This document shows, in pieces, positions 50,917-63,385 of a stretch of DNA of 64,000 nt (positions within the stretch are counted from its first letter, which is position 1; the number at the start of each line of letters is the position of its first letter). Source of the stretch: Gekko japonicus (Eukaryota); contig NW_015170319.1 in NCBI RefSeq assembly GCF_001447785.1, positions 194,178 through 258,177 of the forward strand. The letters run 5' to 3'. A model generated the notes under the pieces. It was not told the origin of the DNA, did no database searches, and saw only the letters and a list, made by a program, of their open reading frames with translations. Both the position numbers and the translations under genes were made by a program.

Positions 50917-51320
50917 TGGCTGTTAAGTCACAGCTAACTTATGGTGACCTTGTAGTGTTTTGAAGGCAAGAGATGTTCAGAGCTGGTTTGCCATTGCCTG
51001 CCTCTGCTTAGCTTCTGAGACCTGACAAGATCAGGCTAGGTAGGGCCCCTTCACTATATGACAAAATTATTTTCAGTAATAATCATGGAATAAAACAAAT
51101 AATAATAGTGGCCAAAGAGAAAGGCAGACAGTGAAAATTTTATTTTACTTAACTTCATACCAATTACTCTCAGCCTAGCCCGACAGCATGATCTACTCAG
51201 ATCTCAGAAGTTAAGCAGGGCTGATGTGGAGACAGGCAATGGCAAACCACCTCTGAATTTCTATTGCCTTGAAAAAACTACAGGGTCACCTTAACTCAGC
51301 TGTGACTTGATGGCAATAAA
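50917..51320. mobile_element. Two inverted fragments of a 5S rRNA-derived SINE-like repeat
   Basis: GATCTACTCAGATCTCAGAAGTTAAGCAGGG near 51190 resembles the 5S rRNA internal region. The body AGGCAATGGCAAACCA occurs in both orientations. Confidence 0.5.
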
Positions 51321-52030
51321 CCCACAACCATCACACCACTCATGTTCTGAGTAGGCACTTGGGAGGGCTTCTGTTCTCCATTTTGAAGCCCAGGAGCTGA
51401 CCATCCCAAACATCTATAAGGCATTTTTGAGAGCTAGGAGTCAGCCTTTGTACTAACTTTTGCTAACAAACACTAGCCAAAGCATCACAAAATACTGATT
51501 GCAAACTTTACCAGACTGGGTGTTAAGAAACACACTACTTCCCAAAGAAGGTGCACCCATCCTCAATTGTTTCCAAAGGACTAAAGTCAAGCTACAGAAT
51601 CCCTGCAGAAGAAACTGAAGGTGGGGGACATTTTTACAAGCATAGCAGAACCAGTGCAATATACAGAGTACTCAGCAGTACCTGTGCAACCACAGATTGC
51701 CCAGCAGAACCCAGTGCCATTATGGCAATGGCAGCTGATGTCAAGTACAGAAACACAGTCCAAACAAGGTGTGTGGGTGGGGTGGGGGTGGGGGGGGGGA
51801 AGCCCAGCAGCACCAGCAGCACCAGCAGCACCAGTGCAATGTACAGTGCCCAGCAAACCTCAGCCTTATGTTCATAATATTAACAAGGGTTTGCTACTGT
51901 AGAACTCTTAAATATATCCTATCACCAAGCAAGATAAGGATGGCTTGTGGCGTGGCCATGAATTAAGACTTTCTTAGGTCTGTGGGCTCTTCTTGTGGCC
52001 ATGCAGAAGGAATACACTACCTTTCCTTTG

Positions 52031-52225
52031 CTAGATTCCAGTCTAGCAGCACCTTAGAAACCAACAAGGTTTTCAGGGTAGAAGCTTTCGAGAGTCAAAG
52101 CTCCCTTCATCCGATATGAGATGTCAGATACCAGACAAATATTTGATAAAGCAAGCTTTGACTCTTGAAAGTGCATACCCTGAAAATCTTGTTGGTGTCT
52201 AAGGGGCTGCTGGACTGGAATCTAG
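52031..52225. mobile_element. Inverted pair of Penelope-like terminal repeats with decayed hammerhead motifs
   Basis: 195-bp imperfect palindrome. The minus strand at 52113-52081 reads CGGATGA-A-GGGAG-CTTTGA-CTCTC-GAAA-GC-TT. Confidence 0.55.
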
Positions 52226-52954
52226 TTCTCCTACTGCAGACCAACATGACTACCCTGTAACTATCCCCTTTCTTTGGAATCTGAAACTAAACATGACCTA
52301 TTCTCCCAAAGCAAAGAGCCAATCATTGCTTTTTTTCACATCTTGGATGCAGGAGCTACTTCTGAAGAAGAGGCATCACCTTTGCCTCTTCTGGGAGTGC
52401 CCGTTCAGAAGCAGTTGCCTCTGTTGCAGGTTGCTTGGCTTGGAACTTCCCAGTATTTTGTGCAACTTAACGTCATTTTGTGATTGGCTGGTAGCAACGT
52501 GGCTAGAAGCTGTTCCTGGACCTCTCCTTTACAGATCTGTCTAATCCCCTTTAAATCCCACTAGCTAGTGGCCGTCACTGCATCTGCTGCCAATTTAATC
52601 CCACAATGAGTAAAGAAGTACTTTCTTACAAGAATATAATGTGACTCTCCACTATCAGGATCTTGTACTAAGAAAGACATCACTGTACCATGCTCTCATC
52701 TCTTTTTATGACTTCAAAAGGGGGAACTGGATCTTGCAGGCTGCTGGCCTTGCTCCTCCATTTTGAGGGTGGAAATGATCTACTGCAATCACAGGGCTGC
52801 CAAGAGCCACCATGGGCCCCTGGACAAAGATTCCATCTGCCCCTCCCCCCATATGACCCTGATCCAAACCAAATATCATAACAAAATGGACAAATCACTG
52901 GCTTGCTGTTACCATTAATCTATAGTAATAAAAGAATTGGCCTGTCTGCTCATG

Positions 52955-53192
52955 TTTGTTTATTTATTTAGTTTATTTATATCCCACCTTTCTCTCCAGT
53001 GGGGACCCAAAGTGTCTTACATCATTCTCCTCTTCTCCATTTTATCCTCACAACAACCCTGTGAGGTCAGTTAGGCTGAGAGGGTGTGTGACTGACCCAA
53101 GGTCACCCAGCAAGCTTCCATGGCAGAGTGGGGATTTGAACCTGGATTTCCCAGATGCTAGTCCGACACATTCAACCACTATACCACACTGG
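52955..53192 (-). mobile_element. Older tRNA-derived SINE (related copies near 47330-47505 and 59605-59835)
   Basis: Head GCCAGTGTGGTATAGTGGTT, B box GGTTCAAATCC and a (TAAA)n tail. Confidence 0.65.
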
Positions 53193-54969
53193 CAGGCATA
53201 ATTCATCAGAGAATAAAGCTGGAAGACTCCAAACTGGCCACCAGTTTCAAGGTGATTGTGGGAGTTCCATGGGCAAAATTGAAAGGCATGGGAAAATCCT
53301 GGCCCAGGTGAGGCAAACCACCACCACTATTTGCAACTGAAGGTAAGGTTCTCTATGGCAGGCATAACTCAGAAAATAAAGCTACATGTTTGAAAACTGG
53401 ACAATAACAAGAATGATGATGGAAGTTACAGTGCCAGAAATGAAGGGAATTGGAACACCCTGAACTAGGTTATCTTCATGACAGACAACATGTACTGGGA
53501 GAGCTTTTAAGCAACCTGTCATGTGCCTCTAATACTCAGATCCCCAACCCACCATGGAAGAGGAAACACTCTCAGCCAGACCTACCTCACAAGGGTGATG
53601 TGAGGATAAAATGGAGGACAGGAGAACAATGCAGCTTTGGGTCCCCACTGGAGAGAAAGACTGGGTATGGTCTACATCTAATTTTTAATGATATTCTTAA
53701 AAATTACATCATTTGTCATATAGAAAAGTAGCCTTTACAAAGGGCTATGAGACCTTCCACCAGCACAATAGTGTTTAATGATCCAGTGCCTGAACTGGGA
53801 GTTGCAACTTCTGTTCCACAAGTATAACCACTAAAACAGATTAATGTTCCATTATGATGCATGTAAAGAGTGGTGGAGGACAGAATCATCTTTTTCCTAC
53901 TTTGTTACATCATGGGGAACTATTAACTTTTCCCCTTTCTGTTCATAATATTAACAAACGTTTGCTACTATACTACTCTTAAATACATTCTTTCACCAAG
54001 CAGAATAGGGATGAGAAGGTTTTGAGACCAAGAAGTGAAAATAAAGGGAGGGGGCATGGGAAAATTAGGTGAAGAAAGACAGAAATGAATGAGAAAAGTG
54101 TGGAAAAGAAGGAGAGAAATTAAGAGAGGGAAAGGTTGTTTTATCTTGCTGCAACACCCTAACAACTGCTTTGCAAGATCTGGCTGAGCTGGGTGCAAGG
54201 AAAGGAAGAGAGAAATGACTTGCAGGCTGGCAGTTACTGTAGCAGCTATCAGTGTCCTGGCTTGGTTGTTGGGCTTAGTAAGCATGATTACTTCAGTTTT
54301 GCAGACAGGAGCATAGACTTTTTATTTTCCTGGAGGGGCTGGGGCTGGGCCAGAGGCATGCCACATTGCTATGCTAGGTCTTTAAAAGAACTGGGGCCCA
54401 GTGACATCATAGGGAGGAGCCAGTGATGTCACAGGCCATTGTCACTATCTATGTATGTGGAGCCATGTGGGATTTAGGGAGGAGCTCCCCAGAAAGTTAG
54501 GGGGAGCTGGGAACCTCCCCAGCAATGCCCCTGGGCTGGGCTAAACCCAAGAAAAAGTGGGAGTTGGTCAGTGGTTATAGTGGTATCTCAGCATTCTCCT
54601 GCTGTGTCCTGTTTTTAAAATTCACTTTTAGAATAGTCACTTTAAGATCTCCAAATATACATACCATGTGCATTGGAAAAACTAATGGTCACAAATTTGG
54701 CAGTAAGAGAGAAAACACAGAAAAGCCTGTAGGGCAACATTTTAAAAGTTTCCCTAAAAGTTTTCCTGGACATTCATTTACAGGAGTCTTGTTTCTGCCT
54801 TATTCATGAGGGTGACTTTGTACTGAAATTTACTAAATTGTGGCATCACAGATGCCTTCATTTGGTAAATGCATGGCTGGAGTCTCTGAGCCAGGGCAGA
54901 ATACAAAACAGTTGCTGTGTACTCAATTTCTGAGCAATGTACAGTGTTTAGAGTAGTAGCAATCTTCTC

Positions 54970-55375
54970 AGAGCTCTGAGACTGGAATGACAGCCCCCAG
55001 AGTGGAATGACAATCCCTGGGATTAGCAGAAGTGTTCTGGGACTGGAATGACAACTCCTGGGACTTGCAGAAGCATTCTGGGACTATCATTCCACTCTGA
55101 GGGCTGTCATTCCAGTCCCAGAACACTTCTGCTAATCCCAGGGGCTGTCATCCCACCCTGTGACCTGTCATTCCAGTCCCAGAGCACAGATTCTATTGCT
55201 AGAGATCATCATTCCAATCTGTGACCTCTTATTCCAGTCCCAGAGCACAGATTCTCTTCTTAGGGACCATCATGCCACTTGGGGGGGGGGGGGATGTCCT
55301 TATGGTCCCAGAGCATAGATTCTGTTCCTAGGGAGTGTCTTTCCACTCTGGGGGCTGTCATTCCAGTTCCAGAGT
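54970..55375. repeat. Degenerate minisatellite (CTGGGACTGGAATGACA core) with an internal strand switch near 55085
   Basis: Forward units at 54970-55085 and reverse-complement units (TGTCATTCCAGTCCCAG) at 55085-55375. Confidence 0.75.
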
Positions 55376-57349
55376 AACCTTTCTGGACCCAAAGACCTTA
55401 ATGGAAAAACCATTCCATATTTTCTTTGCAATTTTTTTTTTGAGCTGCAATGTATTTCAGTGGAGCCCATGCANNNNNNNNNNNNNNNNNNTCTAATTAT
55501 CTCCAGTGGGCCTTCAAGCCTCTCCCATTGTTTCCAGTGGGCAATCCTGTCATTCCTTTTAGTACATCCCAGTTGGTGGCCTCTTTGAAACTGTACCACA
55601 CCATTTTAAGTAACAGCAAAATGAAGAGTGTGAACATGTAGAATGCACATTCCTTGCCAGTGTTCTCTCTGGGTTGCACACAGAGCAAAAGAAAATTTTA
55701 AGAGCCTCTGATCTGCATGCCTCCCCCATCTTGTTCATGCAGATGGGCTTACAATTTTAAAATGAAATTGAAATTGAAAGAAGAGTTTAGGAGTGGCTGA
55801 AAAAAACCATGAAAAAAACCCCTATGTTCTCGATCAAGGACATATAGACCCAAGTAAAATAAAATAGAGACACACTTTCCCCCCACATGTAAGTTGGAGC
55901 CCAGCAAGTATATCGGGCACAACAGAGGCTTTGCAGGCTGACTGTTGCTACACTGAAAGTGAGTGGAGGGAGGCAGGATTAAGGACTATACTTTCTTTTC
56001 CAATAGACACCAAACATATTCAAGGATTGATATGTTCTAGATATCAAAAACCTTGGTTATTAATCTAGAGAGAGCAAAGATACAACCAAAAACCCTTGCA
56101 GATCTTACTATTTATAATATCAAGTGCCTTCAGATTTTTATGCCAGCTGATAGAAAAAAATGGCCACCTTCCCTAGACCTCAGATCAGAGGTCTGTCTCC
56201 TGATGGATTCAGCTGCAAGAGACCTTCTCTTCCTGTGGCAAGGAATGTTATCAGATCTTTTTCCCCACTGAGGTAAAGGCAGAGATCTGACTTCCTAAAG
56301 ACTAGCATTTGACACCTCCATGCTAGGAGAAAAGAGGGGGGTAGAAGGGGGATGTTTAACAATCCCATTGTCTATCCTGCTAGCTCAATTAGCATCTGTA
56401 AGAAAGTGAGCCTGGAAGAAAAAAAGTGAGCCCAAAGGAAAGTTTTAAACTCAATATTACCAGGCACTGGTTGGCTGGGGGAGGTTCAGTCTCCCTGGAC
56501 AGATTCAGGGGAGGCCAGGCCCCCAAGTCCCCCCATAGTTTATGCCTATGCCAGGCACTGGTCGGCCAGGGGAGGCTCAGTCTCTCCTGGAAAAATTCAG
56601 GGAAGGCCTGGGCCCCAAGCCCCTCCATAGTTTATGTCTGTGCTTGCAGATTAAGATGGGTAGTTGATCCTAGAATGCTTATTGCTATGCTGTGACTTCC
56701 CTGTGCCCCTAGTGGCTGCAGTCAGAATTGCATTTTAAAAATAAAAAGAAAGATGTTTGGCTGAATGCAACATGACATTGGCTTCAAGGGCCTCCTTCAA
56801 AGGCCTTCCTCAAGCTGCACCTTGGGTGGACTGCACCCCCCTACCCCTCCCATGATATGCTACTGAATACTTCATCTATACAGTTCCAGGAACCTGGAAG
56901 CTTTGATGCTTTGCTTGTTTCTAGAAGGACTTCATGGTCATGTTATCCATTATCAGACATCGCCTGCTAGAAAGAATACAACTAGTATCAGTTTTACTAT
57001 AAAGAAATGGATGTGCTATTTACATTCATCTACAGCCCAGGCACTGTTCTCGATTAATACCCAACAATGAGTGCCGCACAACCGTTTAGACATGTCTGCC
57101 AAATTGGAAGCTGGAGCTGAAAGAGGACTCCATCCAGTAGATTCACTGTACATCCCCCACCATCACAGTTTCACACCAGTTGAGCAGTCTGTTATGGATA
57201 CAAATACTGACAGGAACCACAACTGAAGCAAGTAGATCTAAATGTACACAAAACAATGAACCACCATGGTGGCTGGCATGAAACCTCAGTTACTGAATCC
57301 GAAGGCCTCATGGGTTTTGTACCTCAGGGATGTGTCAATGCGAGAAGAA

Positions 57350-57855
57350 AAATGTTAGGCAGGTAATTTATATCTACTCAGGAGGTGGGGTAGGGCTGAG
57401 TCATTATCTTGTAGAAGTTCCCCAGGCTGTGGCATGCTAATGGAGGAGCTTTCCTGTGAGGAGGTTCTTTTGTATATGGATTGGCTGTTGAAATTCTAAT
57501 CTTCTGTAGTGCTGTTGTAAGATGTAGAGCATTTTGTGTTTTTAGGACAGGAAACCATGCCCTATTTATTTTTAAACTCTCTTATTTCCTGTTGAAAGTG
57601 TGTTTATGTTTATGAATTTCAATTGCTTCCCTGTGTAATCTGAGATGGTAATTGAATGTGTTGTCCAGCATTTCAGTGTCTTGGAATAAGATGCTGTGTC
57701 CTGTTTGAGTTAGGCTATATTCAGCCATTGACACAGAGAGTACTCCATCTTTCTGTGGTATACCCCTGAGGATGCCAGTCACAGCTGCTGGCAAAATGTC
57801 AGGTACTTCAGTGCCAAGACCACGGCCACACAGCCCGGAAAATCTACAACAACTA
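57350..57855 (-). mobile_element. Penelope-like element fragment (GIY-YIG C-terminus) with an inverted terminal repeat
   Basis: AEYSLTQTGHSILFQDTEMLD..YHLRLHREAIEIHKH..FNRK on the minus strand, abutting a plus-strand terminal segment that carries a decayed hammerhead motif at 57766-57800. Confidence 0.75.
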
Positions 57856-57879
57856 AATATCTATACTTTGCTTCCAATT

Positions 57880-58330
57880 TGTGTTTGGGCCCAATTCAAG
57901 GTGCTGTAATTGACCTTTAAAGCCCTATATGGTTTGGGGCCAGCATACCTTAAGGACCTCTTTGTCCTGTATGAACCTACCCAAACAATCTGGTCATCTT
58001 CTGAGGCCGTGCTTCAGGTGCTCCTGCCATCTGAGACTAGACAGGGGCAACCCAAGAAAGGTCCTTCTCAGCTGTGGTGCCAAAACTTTGCAATTCCCTC
58101 CCCAGGGAGATTTGTCTGTCTCTCTCTATAGCTGCCTTCTGCCAGTTGGTAAAGACTTTTTTTTTTGCATACCCCCAATAACTGCTATTGTTTTTCCTCA
58201 CTGATTTTGGTGTTATGCATGTTTATGTTATTACTGGATTGTTTTCTATTCCCTTTGTTTTAAATGTTGTTTTAATGGTCGCCACCTTGAGAATCCCATT
58301 TGAGTAGAAAGGCAGCATAGAAGTATTTTA
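57880..58330 (+). mobile_element. L2 LINE 3' fragment
   Basis: TFKALYGLGPAYLKD motif and a terminal GCCACCTTGAG..GAAAGGCAGCATA segment. Confidence 0.7.
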
Positions 58331-61277
58331 GATACATGAATAATCTTCTCACTACATGTTTCCAGCTTGAACCCTTCCCCCTGCATTTCTTTTCCACTAC
58401 AGGAGTCCAAATGTGTACTGTCCATCACAAACACATTTGGAACCCTGGGGTGGGGAAGAACACAGTTTGCATGCGTGTGCGCTATTTGGCATAAAGAAGA
58501 AGCATATATTATTTCTCCACTCTAAATTTCCATCTCCAAAAGCAGGTTTTTTTCTTTTTGCTAAAAGAAAAAAAGCTGCTGAATTTTCTTACACGCATTT
58601 GTGTGTAATGTTTAGCTATGTGTTAGAGGAATATTGACACACAAGAAATGAACTAATGACCGAAGTATTTAGTTCAGATTTTTTTTAAAAAACACAACAC
58701 ATTGATGTTAAACCAATGGTTTCTTGCCTGCATGAAGAGACTGAGATTTGCAAAGAAAACACCCACAATTTCACCTCCTCCTTTTGAAAGGAAGAGGCTA
58801 AATTTACATTGCTATGTTTTGGAATCTGACTGTTCGTTCTGTTGGTATTTCCTTTCAAAATCTTTTCATAGCTTAGATTCCTATCAAAGGAAGCTGTATC
58901 CACAGGTATAGATAATATATGGAGATTGAAACAAGACTCTCAACAGCTGTTCTTGTCTCCATTCCCCTCACAGTAAGTATGGCATGAACAAGGCTGAAAC
59001 TAAAAAGGCTAATACACACTTCAAATGAAATGTTGGCTGGAGAGCAACTGGATGGGTGGTAGACCTTATTTTGCCACATAAATAGAACTGGGAATTGGGA
59101 AAGCATTCCATTCAGCCCACATTGCAAAGGTGTAGTCCTATTATTTCTGGACAAAATATGAAAGCGCTTTGAGCTGCGTTCACCAGGGAAATAAGAGAAC
59201 GACTAGTCCTCCAAAGTTTTCGGTGGTATATGCAACAAAAGAATTGTGTGGTAGGCCTCTGTCTCTGTTACCGTGCATAGCTGAGAGTAGTCAAGCGTGA
59301 CATACTGTACTATTCAAAGGTAGGATCACCCTCAGTGTAAATCACCCGCTCCCCATGTTATATCCAGATTAGTAGGATTTGAGCTACTGGATCAATGTAT
59401 GAATGAAAGTCTGTGGCTTACCTATTTGTCAGATAGCAGTTCTGGGACAATCTAAATAGGGTTTACTGAAATTACCTTCTAGTAAACTGTCTGAAATATT
59501 CGTCTAAAAAGCATTGAACATGGCACAAGAGAGATCAGCTGGGCCTGGAGTGACATCATGGTGTCAGATACACTCTGGGGATTCCACCACTCTCTACAGA
59601 GTTGTGTAGAGGTTAGAGTTTTGGACTAGGATCTGGAAAACCCACATTTGAATACACAATATTCCATGGAAGCTCATCGAATGAACTTGGGCCAGTCACA
59701 CATTCTCAGCTGATCCTACTTCACAGGGCTGTTACGAAGATAAAATGGAGGAGGAAAGAGNNNNNNNNNNNNNNNGAAAGAGTGATGTAAGCTGCCTTGG
59801 GTCCTCATTGGGAAGAAAGGTGGGATATAAAAGAAACAACTAAATATGGTAACAAGCTTCCTAGAGCATTGATGATGCTGTGATGTCACTTCCAAACACC
59901 CAGAAGTCGCTTCCAAACAGCACATGGAAGTGACATCATTGTGTCGTCAACAGGGGGCAACACTCTGCTTTTTGGGGAGACTCTATGGTTAAAACTGGGC
60001 TTCTGTGTGACATCATTGCATTGGGGATGTTGCCATGCAATGTCGCTGTTCGGGGGCGGGGCTGTTCCAGGGTGGCCCAGCTGGCTGGTGTTTGGTAGAA
60101 GCCCCAAAAATTGGGGGTCTGGGAACTCGAGTATACTTTCAGAGACCAACTCTGGGACATTTCCTACAATTAGGGTTGCCAGGCCTGGGTTGGGGAATTC
60201 CTGGAGATTTTGGAGGTGGAACATGGGAAAATGGGGTTTGGGGAGGGGAGAGACTTCAGAACGGTATAATGCCATAGAGACCAACTTCCAAAGCAGCCAT
60301 TTTCTCCAGGGGAACTGATCTCTGTTACCTGGAGACCAGTTATAATTCTAGGAGATCTCCAGCCACCACCTGGAGGTTAACAACTCTACCTGCAAGGTAT
60401 GCTGAAGTCTTATTTTGTATAAGGGTAATGTGGAGGTCAGCATCATATGTAGGCATCCCTGACTCCATGGAACCAAAGGATACAGGTTCCTGTTTACCAT
60501 TGCATTTGAGAAGGCCTGTTAGGTATACATCTAGTTAAGCAAAATAATACCAAACTGGAATTGAACTCACAACCTTTCGGAACTTAACGTCTTGCCCTCA
60601 TCTTCACAGTACAACAGGTCTTCTATATTAATTTCATTAAAATACTAGGTAGGATCCAAGCAAGCTTTTCCACAGACAGAAGGATTTGTCTGTGGATTGC
60701 AAGTTATTCACTTACTCCCATCCTGCTGCATCCCAAACTGAGCCCTGAAAATGCTGTTTCTGTAGATCCCCTGCATTACAGGAGTAGCAGTTCATGTTAT
60801 TTTGGACTGCATTGGAAGGGAGAAGTTAAAATGTTGAGCTCTGCATATAGAAATCCTTCTATTCATGGAAATGGTCTGTTGAATCAAAGTCAGGCCTCGG
60901 TTCCTGCCGGAGCACACCGGAGCACTGCTCCGCCAGTCAGGAGCCCAGGGGGCAGGCACATAAGCCCTGCCCCCTGCTCCCACCAGCCATCAGTTGGGAC
61001 ACGGTGGGGTGGGGGTGAAATGTTCCCTCACCTCCCTGAGCCCCGGGGTGGTGGCCTTGAACTTATGGGGGCAAATTCCACCTCTCGCGTATGATGTCCG
61101 AGCAGCATTCTGGCTCCCCCAGCTCTCGGCAGGGGCTCTTTAAAAATTTATGGCCGCCTTTTTCAGGCTCCGTGTCGGAGCACCAGGGCTGAAAAACAGC
61201 CTGCACAGCCACCCCCCTCCTTTTTCAGGCTCCCCGCTAGAACGCCCGGCCTGAAAAAGTGCCAGCCGAAAGTCAAT

Positions 61278-61723
61278 TTCGGCCCCATTACATCCTATGG
61301 GCCATTGAAGTCAATGGCAAAAACATAAGGTATATTCTGGGGGCTGGAGGGGACGGGGTTTGAGGGAGAGGCTCCAAACTCGTAGGGTAGCTGCTGGAGC
61401 CTCTCCCCAAGATACCAAGCAAGTTTGAAGAACATTGAACCAGGGGGTCTAATTCTACGGCCCCCCAAACAGGTTCCCCCTATCCCCTCCATTGTTCTCT
61501 ATAGAGAAAAATGGAGGGGATGGGGCAACCTGTTTGGGGGCTTGTAGAATTGAACCCCCTGGTTCAATGTTCCTGAAACGTGGAATTTATCTTGGGTAGA
61601 GGCTCCAGCGGCTAACGTGCAATTTTGGAGCCTCTCCCTCAAACCCCCTCCCCTCCAGCTCCCAGAATATACCCTATGTTTTCGCCATTGACTTCAATGG
61701 CCCTTAGGATATAATGGGGCAGA
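61278..61723. repeat. About 446-bp imperfect palindrome inside a GC-rich DNA-transposon-like element (about 60890-62300)
   Basis: Axis TCTCTA|TAGAGA at 61501/61502. The arms are diverged, with CCATTGAAGTCAATGG/CCATTGACTTCAATGG sub-palindromes. Confidence 0.8.
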
Positions 61724-63074
61724 ACTGCGGGAAGACGATTCAGATCAGAGAATCTGATTTGGCCCACAGCAGCCTGAAAGGGGCCCAATGGGCCATTATC
61801 GGGGGTCCATTTGGTTCAGACGAACCGAATGCACATCCCTCCAGCAGCCGGCTTGCTCGGGCTCTATGCAGCCACGGGGATCCTGAGCAAGACAAGGGAA
61901 GGGAAGGTGGTTTAAACCGCCTCTTCTTCCCTTCATCAGCTGGCTTGCTCGGGCTCCCTGAGCAAACCAAGGGAAGGGAAGGTGGCGGAGCAGCTGGAGA
62001 CATTGAGCCTCAGCTCCACAAGTAATGAGCACTTGGGCCCCGCCCCCAGCGGCCCTCAGGCCGGAGAACCTGGAGCAGTCTTGGGAGGCAGATTGGCAAA
62101 AACCAAAACCAAAGGCACAGGAACTCGAGAGAACTCCAGGAATGGAGCCGGTTCCTCTTCCACAGCCCAAAATGCGACCCACGAACCCTGAGCTTGCTTT
62201 TTCTCATGTGCGAGTCTGGCCTCCGCACTCCTTTAACGAGGCAGCCCTGAAGCTTGGGGCGGCGGGAGTTTCTTTGCACACAGCTTGTGCGGCTGGCTGA
62301 GTGCCTCTTCTGCTTGCCCACCTCTTGCGTCTGCACCTCATCTTCTACCAGGCATGGAGGAGCCCAGCTTGCCCAGGCTTCTTGCCTCCTGCTGCCTTGG
62401 CCCTCTGGTGTACGGGTGAGTCCCCAAAGTTTGACTCTTCCTGTACAAGTCTCTGACACTGGAGGTATTTGCCTCCTTCCCTCCTGCCTGCTATGGCTGC
62501 ATAATTGTGAGAGATTTCTTAACATAGTGTTCCTACCAGGGAAGCTGGGGACCCTGCCCACGAGTCTCCATTTCATCCTCACAACAACCCTGTGGGGTAG
62601 GTTAGGTAGAGAAGGGGAGATTTGGCCCGGGGTCACTCAGCCATCAGAGTGAGAATACAAACCTGAGTGTCCCCACAACAATTTGCAACTCTGACCACTG
62701 TGCAGTGCTGCCTCTACTGATCTGTAATGTTCCAGAGGTGTTGTAATGTAATACTCCGTTTCTCAAAAGAGTGTATGCCTGTCTGTTGGTCCTCTTAGGA
62801 GTCTTGATCCTGGTTGTGTGGTGGGCTAGTTGTGGCAAATGGTAGGGAAGCTCAGTATTTCTGTATACAGTTGTAGGGGCTTTATTGCAATGTGCTATAG
62901 CCTGATATTATGTTCTTATTCCAGTGTGGGCTGTGTGGGGGGCAATGGAAGCTGAGTGATAGGGTCTCTCCAAGTGATTGCCAGAAGTGAGATGCGTCCT
63001 GGTCTTGTGTCTTACAGATAATCTTACAAATAGTCCTTTGCATTTATAGCATGCTTTCAACTTTAAAAGGATCA

Positions 63075-63385
63075 TAATGCTGATTGTGTGAACTTAGGCA
63101 AATCACAAGAGGTAGAGCAGGAAGGGTTGCATCAGTGCTTAGTTCTTGTGGCCCTTTCTTACACGCCCAGGGAAATGCTGATCACCACTTTGGGGCCAGG
63201 AAGCAATTTTTTTCCAGGCCAGTTTGGCCCCCAGTGATTCTGGAGGTTTTTAAAATCATATTCTGGGTGTGGAACAGGGGTTACTGGGGTTTGGGGGGGT
63301 ATTGGTGAATTTCCTGCTTTGTGCAGGGGGTTGGACTAGGTGACCCTGGTGGTCCCTTCCCACTCTATGAGTCTATGATTCTATA
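63075..63385 (+). mobile_element. CR1 LINE 3' UTR fragment
   Basis: GGGGTTGGACTAG..GGTCCCTTCC followed by (ATTCTATG)-like terminal repeats. Confidence 0.75.

Noticed and set aside
51551-51966. Overlapping Gln/Ala/Ser-rich ORFs
   Set aside because: They come from low-complexity CAGCAGCAC-type repeats and show no splice or homology support.
54970-55375. Repeat array superficially like a CRISPR
   Set aside because: The context is vertebrate, the units are degenerate without unique constant-length spacers, and there are no cas genes.
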